From Ignavibacteriaceae bacterium (GTDB lineage: Bacteria; Bacteroidota; Ignavibacteria; Ignavibacteriales; Ignavibacteriaceae), in assembly GCA_046484705.1 (NCBI GenBank), contig JAWOIK010000240.1:6090-70089 (forward strand): a stretch of DNA of 64,000 nucleotides. The letters run 5' to 3'. Under the pieces are notes generated by a model, which had not been told where the DNA came from, made no database searches, and saw nothing but the letters and a program-made list of their open reading frames with translations. Below, in pieces: positions 58,020-64,000 of this stretch. Each line of letters opens with the position of its first letter. The stretch's first letter is position 1. The position numbers and the translations under genes are program-made.

Positions 58020-59012
58020 ATGATTGACTTTAATAAATTAAAAGATATAATTCATTCACACCGGTCATTCCTTCTCACCACACATGTAAATCCTGATGCT
58101 GATGCTATAGGCTCTGAAATAGCTTTACTGCGGATACTAAAGAAATTAAATAAAGAAGTTTTTATATATAATCATAGCAAAACTCCGTACAATCTTTTAT
58201 TTCTTGATCCTGAAAATGCTATCAAAAATTTTAACCCTGAAACAGATTCCGGTATTTTTACCAATATTGATGTACTGGTTGCTCTGGATTTCAACAGGTC
58301 CGACAGAATTGTAAGTATGCAAAAGCCATTTAATTCTTCCGCAAAATTTAAGATATGTATTGATCATCATCATGAATCTGAAAAGTTTGTAGATGAATTA
58401 TTCGTTGATACCAAATACAGCGCAACATCTGAAATTCTATTTGACTTTATTAAGAAAACAAAATTAGTTGAACTGGATAAGTCAATTGCCGATCCAATTT
58501 ATGCCGGAATTATGACTGATACAGGATCATTCAGGTTTGAGAGAACCACTTCAAACCTGCATTTAATAGTTGCTGAGTTGATAGATGCAGGTGTAAACCC
58601 AGGTGAAGTGTATGATAAAATTTACGACCAAAGCAAATTCAGTAAAATCAAATTGTTAGGAAAAGCATTGAACTCACTCACCCTAACATATGATAATCAA
58701 ATAGGTTATATGGTGCTTACTCAATTAGATTTTAATGAAGTTAGCGGAATAGAGAGTGATACAGATGGATTTGTAAACCATTGTCTTTCGGTTGAAAATG
58801 TGAAATTAGGTTTATTGTTCATCGAATTAAAAAACGGATTCAAGGTCAGTTTCAGATCTAAGGGAAATATTCCGGCAAACAAACTTGCCGGTGAGTTCGG
58901 AGGTGGTGGTCATACCAATGCTGCCGGAGCACGATTTCATTCTGAAAATATGAATGAATTTATAACCATAGTACTTAAAAAAGCTCAAGAATATATCAAC
59001 AATTATCAATAA
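58020..59012 (+). CDS. nrnA: DHH/DHHA1 phosphoesterase (NrnA-like oligoribonuclease / pAp phosphatase)
   Basis: THVNPDADAIGS, DHHH and GGGHTNAAGA motifs. Confidence 0.85.
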   Translation: MIDFNKLKDIIHSHRSFLLTTHVNPDADAIGSEIALLRILKKLNKEVFIYNHSKTPYNLLFLDPENAIKNFNPETDSGIFTNIDVLVALDFNRSDRIVSMQKPFNSSAKFKICIDHHHESEKFVDELFVDTKYSATSEILFDFIKKTKLVELDKSIADPIYAGIMTDTGSFRFERTTSNLHLIVAELIDAGVNPGEVYDKIYDQSKFSKIKLLGKALNSLTLTYDNQIGYMVLTQLDFNEVSGIESDTDGFVNHCLSVENVKLGLLFIELKNGFKVSFRSKGNIPANKLAGEFGGGGHTNAAGARFHSENMNEFITIVLKKAQEYINNYQ

Positions 59013-59015
59013 GCC

Positions 59016-60521
59016 ATGTTTAAATTAAATATAAAATCGGGCGAAAAGAAGTTAGTTTACAAACCGTTGTCAATAGTTTATAAATATGTTTTTGATGATG
59101 GAAAACTGCAGACAGGATTAAAGAACCTTGAAAGAATTTTCAATATTAATTTTTCTGAATTGGATAAGAAAAATTTTGTGTTCGAAAAGTATGATCGTCT
59201 GAGAATATCAAATCCAAATTCCAAACCTGATGAACTTGTTATAAAGAAAATAAAGATTGATGATAAGTTTAGTGTTGAGTTTTTCAGAGAGGATCTTGCC
59301 GCATTTATTAATACATTACAGAAAGAGAAACCTGCATACCTTCATATTACTATTCCATCTTTCAGAAATGTTAAAGAATATTTTAAGGATGAAGAGTACT
59401 ACTATCAGACTTTTATTGAAGGAGTTTATTACGGTAATTATTCTTTTAATAAATATAAATCTGGTAATAAATTTAACCGCGAACTTAGTGTTTTGTTTTA
59501 TGCCGATGATGTTAAAAAATTAAGATCTGCTGTTCTCAAAGCCGGTAATATAATGCAAGGCGTTGAACTTACCAGGAATTTTCAGAATGAACCTGCTAAT
59601 AATTTAACTCCACAAAAATTTGCAAAAAGTTTATCAGAACTTAAAGGCAGGGGAATACGGGTAAAAGTTTTTAATGAAGAAGATATTAAAAGAATGAAAA
59701 TGGGCGGGCTGATTGCCGTTGGCAAGGGTAGTTTTAATAAGCCAAGATTTATCATACTCGAGTATAAACCATCTAAAAAAAGAACAGGCAAGCTTAAAAA
59801 AATTGCACTCGTGGGTAAAGGTATTACATTCGATTCCGGAGGAATTTCAATAAAACCATCAACCGGAATGGGAGAAATGAAAGGTGATATGTCTGGAGCA
59901 GCAGTTGTTGCAGGAACAATTCTTGCAGCTTCCGGAAATCAGGTTAATGTTCATTTAATTGGAATTATACCTGCTGCTGAAAATATGCTTTCGGGTGAAT
60001 CATTTCGTCCGGGAGACATTATAAAAACAGCTTCAGGAAAATCGATAGAAGTAGATGATACCGATGCAGAAGGAAGAATTGTACTTGCAGATGCACTGGA
60101 GTATGCATCAAAATTAAAAGTTGATGAGATAATTGATCTTGCAACTTTAACAGGAGCCGTAGTAGTTGCACTTGGTGAAATTGCTGCAGGATTGTTTACG
60201 AATGATGAAAAACTGGCAAATGAACTTTATAAAAGCGGAATGAAAACTAATGACCGTGTATGGCGGCTACCGTTATGGAATGATTATAACGAATTAAACA
60301 AAAGTGAAGTCGCTGATGTGAAGAATTATGGTGGCAGATGGGCAGGAGCAATTTCAGCAGCAAAGTTTTTGGAAAATTTTGTTGATAAGAAAACAGCCTG
60401 GGCTCATCTTGATATAGCTGGTCCGGCTTTAAAAAATCCTTCAGTAAGCTATGGAAAAAAATTTATGACCGGTTTCGGTGTCAGATTATTAGTTGATTAT
60501 ATCTCCACCAAGGATAAATAA
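59016..60521 (+). CDS. pepA: Leucyl aminopeptidase (M17)
   Basis: VGKGITFDSGGISIKP, MKGDMSGAA, DDTDAEGRIVLADAL. Confidence 0.92.
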   Translation: MFKLNIKSGEKKLVYKPLSIVYKYVFDDGKLQTGLKNLERIFNINFSELDKKNFVFEKYDRLRISNPNSKPDELVIKKIKIDDKFSVEFFREDLAAFINTLQKEKPAYLHITIPSFRNVKEYFKDEEYYYQTFIEGVYYGNYSFNKYKSGNKFNRELSVLFYADDVKKLRSAVLKAGNIMQGVELTRNFQNEPANNLTPQKFAKSLSELKGRGIRVKVFNEEDIKRMKMGGLIAVGKGSFNKPRFIILEYKPSKKRTGKLKKIALVGKGITFDSGGISIKPSTGMGEMKGDMSGAAVVAGTILAASGNQVNVHLIGIIPAAENMLSGESFRPGDIIKTASGKSIEVDDTDAEGRIVLADALEYASKLKVDEIIDLATLTGAVVVALGEIAAGLFTNDEKLANELYKSGMKTNDRVWRLPLWNDYNELNKSEVADVKNYGGRWAGAISAAKFLENFVDKKTAWAHLDIAGPALKNPSVSYGKKFMTGFGVRLLVDYISTKDK

Positions 60522-60551
60522 AAATCAATATTTAAAGAAATCACAAAGTGT

Positions 60552-61241
60552 TTAACTTTTGATTTTTGAATTGATCAGACCGTCTTTCATTTCATAGACT
60601 GTATCCGCTAATTTAACCAGACCGGGGTTATGAGTTACTATTATAAAAGTGATTTTTAATCTGTCTCTGAGGTCGAATATAATTTTATGGATTGCCTCAC
60701 TATTTTCTGAGTCAAGATTTCCTGTAGGTTCATCCGCAAAAATAATTTTTGGATTGTTTGCTAATGATCTCGCGACTGCTACTCTCTGTTGCTCACCTCC
60801 TGAAAGTTCCGCCGGTTTATGATCAAATCTTTCGCCTAATCCAACTGAATTTAATAATTCCTTAGCCCGATCAATTGACTTGCCTAGCGACATTCCACCA
60901 ATCATTAAAGGAATAGCAGCATTTTCCAGCGCTGTAAATTCAGGCAGCAAATGATGAAACTGAAATATAAAGCCAATGTTTTGATTTCTGAACTTCGAAA
61001 GTTTTTCATCACTATAATTGAAAATATCCTTCCCGTCAAAAAAAACTTTACCACTGTCCGGTTTATCCAATCCGCTCAATAAATGCAGCAGAGTGCTTTT
61101 ACCTGCACCGGAAGCTCCTACAATAACGGAAATCTTTTCCTGCTCAATTTCAATTGAGATTCCCTTAAGAACTTTTAGTTTAACATTCTTAATCGTAGTA
61201 AATGATTTATGTAAATCGTCAGCTTTTATAATGATTGACAT
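60552..61241 (-). CDS. lolD: ABC transporter ATP-binding protein, LolD-like
   Basis: Walker A GASGAGKST, signature LSGGEQQR, Walker B IIFADEPT. It lies downstream of two FtsX/LolCE-type permease genes. Confidence 0.85.
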   Translation of the reverse strand: MSIIIKADDLHKSFTTIKNVKLKVLKGISIEIEQEKISVIVGASGAGKSTLLHLLSGLDKPDSGKVFFDGKDIFNYSDEKLSKFRNQNIGFIFQFHHLLPEFTALENAAIPLMIGGMSLGKSIDRAKELLNSVGLGERFDHKPAELSGGEQQRVAVARSLANNPKIIFADEPTGNLDSENSEAIHKIIFDLRDRLKITFIIVTHNPGLVKLADTVYEMKDGLINSKIKS

Positions 61242-61247
61242 ATAAAG

Positions 61248-62483
61248 TTATTCCCATTTAATTGCTTCAATAGTATTAACCCGGGATGCTCTGCTGGCTG
61301 GGAAGTAAGAGGCAAGAAAAGATAACAGCATAGATGCACCCGAAACAAAAAAGAAATCCAACAACCTCAACTCAACCGGCAATGAATTAATTTTATATTG
61401 AGTAGGATCGAGGGGATAGATATTATAGTTTAATTGTAAAAACAAAATGAAATATCCAATTAATATTCCTAGTAATGTTCCGGATATTCCAATCATTAAA
61501 CCTTCATACATAAATATTTTTTTTATTGATATTACTCTTACACCCATTGCACGCAATATGCCGATGTCTCTCTTTTTCTCAATTACAGTCATTGATAGTG
61601 AGCCAAGGATGTTAAAAGTTGCAACTGCAACTATTAAAGACAGCAGTATGTATGCAACCCATCTTTCTATCTGCATAACCGAGTAAAGATCCTTGTGGAA
61701 ATCATACCACGTTGAAACAGAGAAAATATTCTGATCAAGAATTGACTGAAGATCCTCTTTCAGCTTAAATGATTGATTTATATCCTTCAGTTTTATTTCA
61801 TAACCTTGAAATGAATTTTTATACCCTAAAAGGAACTGCCCCTGCTCAAGTGAAATGAAAGCCAATCCTGCATCATATTCATTATTCTGTGATGAAAATA
61901 TTCCACTAACAATAAAACTTTGTGAATTAGGTAAAGTAAATTGTGTTACAGCCTTTTCAATTCCTGTTGGTGAGATGACAGTAATAGTATCGCCAACTAA
62001 TGATTGCAGCTGATCGGCTAACCTTATCCCGATTACAATTGAAGGTAAATTGCCGTCATCAAATAAATCATCGCTCCCAAAGACCACACTATTTTTAATT
62101 CCATATAATTCATTCGCATATTCCGGAGAAACACCTTTCAGATTTATGATTTCAGTTTTGTCGCGCCTAAGAGCAAGTACCTTTCCGCTTACAAAAGGTG
62201 CATAGTTAACCAGGTCACTCTGCTGATCCAATATTTTTTTTAATTGTGATAAATCATTTTCAGAATAATCGGATGAAATAATTTCAACCCGTACATGCGG
62301 ATCGAAATTAAGCAGAAAAGTTTTAACAAGACTGCCAAAACCGTTGAACACTGAAAGAACAACTATTAAAGCAGCAACACCTATAGTAATTCCAATAGTC
62401 GATAGAAAAGAAATGATTGTTATGAAGTTAAGCTTATGTTTTGAAATAAGATAACGCTTCGCTATGAATCTTTCAAAAAACAT
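61248..62483 (-). CDS. LolC/E-family (FtsX-like) ABC transporter permease
   Basis: N-terminus FIAKRYL.., a large periplasmic loop, and a C-terminal FtsX domain (..ILRAMG..). Confidence 0.85.
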   Translation of the reverse strand: MFFERFIAKRYLISKHKLNFITIISFLSTIGITIGVAALIVVLSVFNGFGSLVKTFLLNFDPHVRVEIISSDYSENDLSQLKKILDQQSDLVNYAPFVSGKVLALRRDKTEIINLKGVSPEYANELYGIKNSVVFGSDDLFDDGNLPSIVIGIRLADQLQSLVGDTITVISPTGIEKAVTQFTLPNSQSFIVSGIFSSQNNEYDAGLAFISLEQGQFLLGYKNSFQGYEIKLKDINQSFKLKEDLQSILDQNIFSVSTWYDFHKDLYSVMQIERWVAYILLSLIVAVATFNILGSLSMTVIEKKRDIGILRAMGVRVISIKKIFMYEGLMIGISGTLLGILIGYFILFLQLNYNIYPLDPTQYKINSLPVELRLLDFFFVSGASMLLSFLASYFPASRASRVNTIEAIKWE

Positions 62484-63703
62484 CAGTCAAACCTCAGGCT
62501 TTTAACAGGACTAACTCTTGATGCGATATAACCCGGAATGATTGAAGCTCCTAAGCTTAGTAATAGAGCAATTGCAGAAACTATCAGAAATATAAAAGGA
62601 TTCATGTCGAATGGAACTTTTGTTACAAAGTAAACACTGGACGGCACTGTGATCACATCAAACTGAATCTGGACTTGAATTAAAATAATTGCAAGAAGAT
62701 TACCAAGCAGGATACCTATTACACCAATGAATATACCCTGAATAAGAAATATTCTCAGCACTTGCGTCCTGTTTGCTCCGAGTGATTTCAAAATTCCTAT
62801 TGCATTTGTCTTTTCAAGAACCAGGATAAGCAGGGTACCAATAATGTTAAAGACAGCAACAATAATTATTAATCCGAGTATTATAGGAATTGGTTTTTGC
62901 TGCAATTCTATCCAGGTAAATATATTTCGATGAGTTTCGAAAAGTGATCGGGCAAACAACGGATAAGTTAAGTTTTTCCTCAGAAGGTTAGTTAGTGAGT
63001 CGATGTTTTCAGTGCTGGTTAGCTGTATATCGTAACCATTAATAGACTGTCCGATTGAGAAGAGAGTTTGTGCATCCCTAAGATTTGTATAAGCATATAA
63101 ATCATCATACTCAGCCATTCCGCTTTCAAAAATTCCTGTTACAGTAAACCTTTCAATGTTAGGAAAATTTTGTGGTGTGGGAATCTGATCATCTTTTAAA
63201 GCAAAAAGAGTTATCTTATCACCCACCTTAAGCATTAGTTTATTAGCTAAGACTTTTCCAATAACTAAATTGTTTGATTCGAAACTACCTAAATCAAGTT
63301 CACCGCTAATAATATTTCTTTTAAGCCGCTCCAACTTACTTCCTTCCGGAACGCCGATTATGCTGATTCCTTCCTGCCTGTTTTTAGAACTTATGATTGC
63401 AAGTTTAGAAGCGAAAGGTGTAATACTTAATTTATGATCTCCTAAAAGTTTTTCAATTGTTTGGGAGATATTATCATAGTTTCTTACAGTGCCACTGAAT
63501 GCTGTAATTTTAATGTGCGAATCAAAATCAGTTATTTTCTCCTGGATAGTCTTTTCGAACCCGCTTAATACAGAAAGAGCGATGATAAGAGTTGCTACGC
63601 CAATAACTATACCGGAAATAGCTATTTTGGAAATGATATTAAGAAATCCCGACTCCTTTCGGGAATTAAGAAATCTGCGTGATATGAAAAAGGAAATCGG
63701 CAT
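62483..63703 (-). CDS. LolC/E-family (FtsX-like) ABC transporter permease
   Basis: The start MPISFFISRRFL at 63703 is preferred over 63736. FtsX domain present (GILKSLGA). Its stop overlaps the next gene's start by 1 nt. Confidence 0.85.
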   Translation of the reverse strand: MPISFFISRRFLNSRKESGFLNIISKIAISGIVIGVATLIIALSVLSGFEKTIQEKITDFDSHIKITAFSGTVRNYDNISQTIEKLLGDHKLSITPFASKLAIISSKNRQEGISIIGVPEGSKLERLKRNIISGELDLGSFESNNLVIGKVLANKLMLKVGDKITLFALKDDQIPTPQNFPNIERFTVTGIFESGMAEYDDLYAYTNLRDAQTLFSIGQSINGYDIQLTSTENIDSLTNLLRKNLTYPLFARSLFETHRNIFTWIELQQKPIPIILGLIIIVAVFNIIGTLLILVLEKTNAIGILKSLGANRTQVLRIFLIQGIFIGVIGILLGNLLAIILIQVQIQFDVITVPSSVYFVTKVPFDMNPFIFLIVSAIALLLSLGASIIPGYIASRVSPVKSLRFD

Positions 63704-63950
63704 CTGTAATAATTGTTTTGATGCAAATTTAACCACATTTAGACAGTATTAAAATTACTTATTGCTAAAAATTGAAATATTGGTTAAAAATTGTGTTTAT
63801 TCATAAATCAATATATATTTGTGCCTCGTTTAGAAATCATTATTACATTTCACAGTTATTTATAAGTTAATTAAAGTAAGTTGTTGAATGTCGTCTGTCT
63901 GAACATAATAGTTCTTTGAAAGTCTGATTTATAATGTGGTAATAAAAATC

Positions 63951-64000
63951 GGGGCGTAGTCCCGATAGGAACGGGATAAACTCCGTTCGGTTATCGCGTC
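63951..64000 (+). ncRNA. ssrA: Possible 5' end of tmRNA (ssrA), cut by the window edge
   Basis: GGGGCGUAGUCCCGAUAGGAACGGGAUAAAC.. begins with the GGGG acceptor start. It loosely parallels tmRNA 5' ends recalled from memory (e.g. GGGGACGUUACGGAUUCGACAGGGAU..). It lies in a non-coding AT-rich region after the divergent lol operon. Only 50 nt are visible. Confidence 0.3.

Noticed and set aside
63884-63935. Sigma70-like promoter hexamers upstream of the putative tmRNA (TTGAAA 63916..63921 with TATAAT 63930..63935; TTGAAT 63884..63889 with CATAAT 63904..63909).
   Set aside because: The spacers are 8 nt and 14 nt, outside the functional 16-18 nt range. Such hexamers are expected by chance in AT-rich DNA.

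Overview
This is an AT-rich chromosomal segment of about 35% GC, estimated by eye. It most likely comes from an Ignavibacteria-like member of the Bacteroidota/Chlorobiota (FCB) group. Five proteins end in the T9SS-type sorting domain (..QNYPNPFNP(S/A)T..(L/M)LK) and many genes have strong AGGAG ribosome-binding sites. I can support about 55 protein genes, two tRNAs (Gly-GCC, Cys-GCA) and several hairpin terminators.

Most of the window is housekeeping:
- Nucleotide and cofactor metabolism: purB, apt, nadE.
- Lipid and redox functions: plsY, korAB-type 2-oxoacid:ferredoxin oxidoreductase, a DsbD-like protein.
- RNA and translation: dusB, rsmI, miaA, and prfB with its classic +1 frameshift.
- Proteases and repair: pcm, prc, an HtrA-like protease, pepA, nrnA.
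- Transport: lolCDE-like genes.
- A lysine 6-aminotransferase / ALDH7 pair.

I saw no CRISPR array, transposase, integrase or recognisable canonical defence operon.

The parts worth a second look are:
1. An Omp85-type barrel whose N-terminal region carries PI3/4-kinase-like catalytic motifs. It is coupled to a secreted metallophosphoesterase (3052..6808).
2. An HD phosphohydrolase fused to a Pycsar-effector-like transmembrane module (7458..8699).
3. Two tandem tRNA-Gly-derived units upstream of the intact tRNA-Gly, with hairpins replacing half of the anticodon arm (36457..36683).
4. A 2166-aa three-module beta-helix T9SS protein that splits the lysine-catabolism locus.
5. Two tandem T9SS paralogues whose 3' ends are nearly identical in a 2200-bp register.
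6. A relic fragment of an alkyltransferase-like (ATL) gene on the far side of a GDPD gene from the intact ATL copy.

All functional calls rest on by-eye motif recognition in the supplied translations. No database search was possible.
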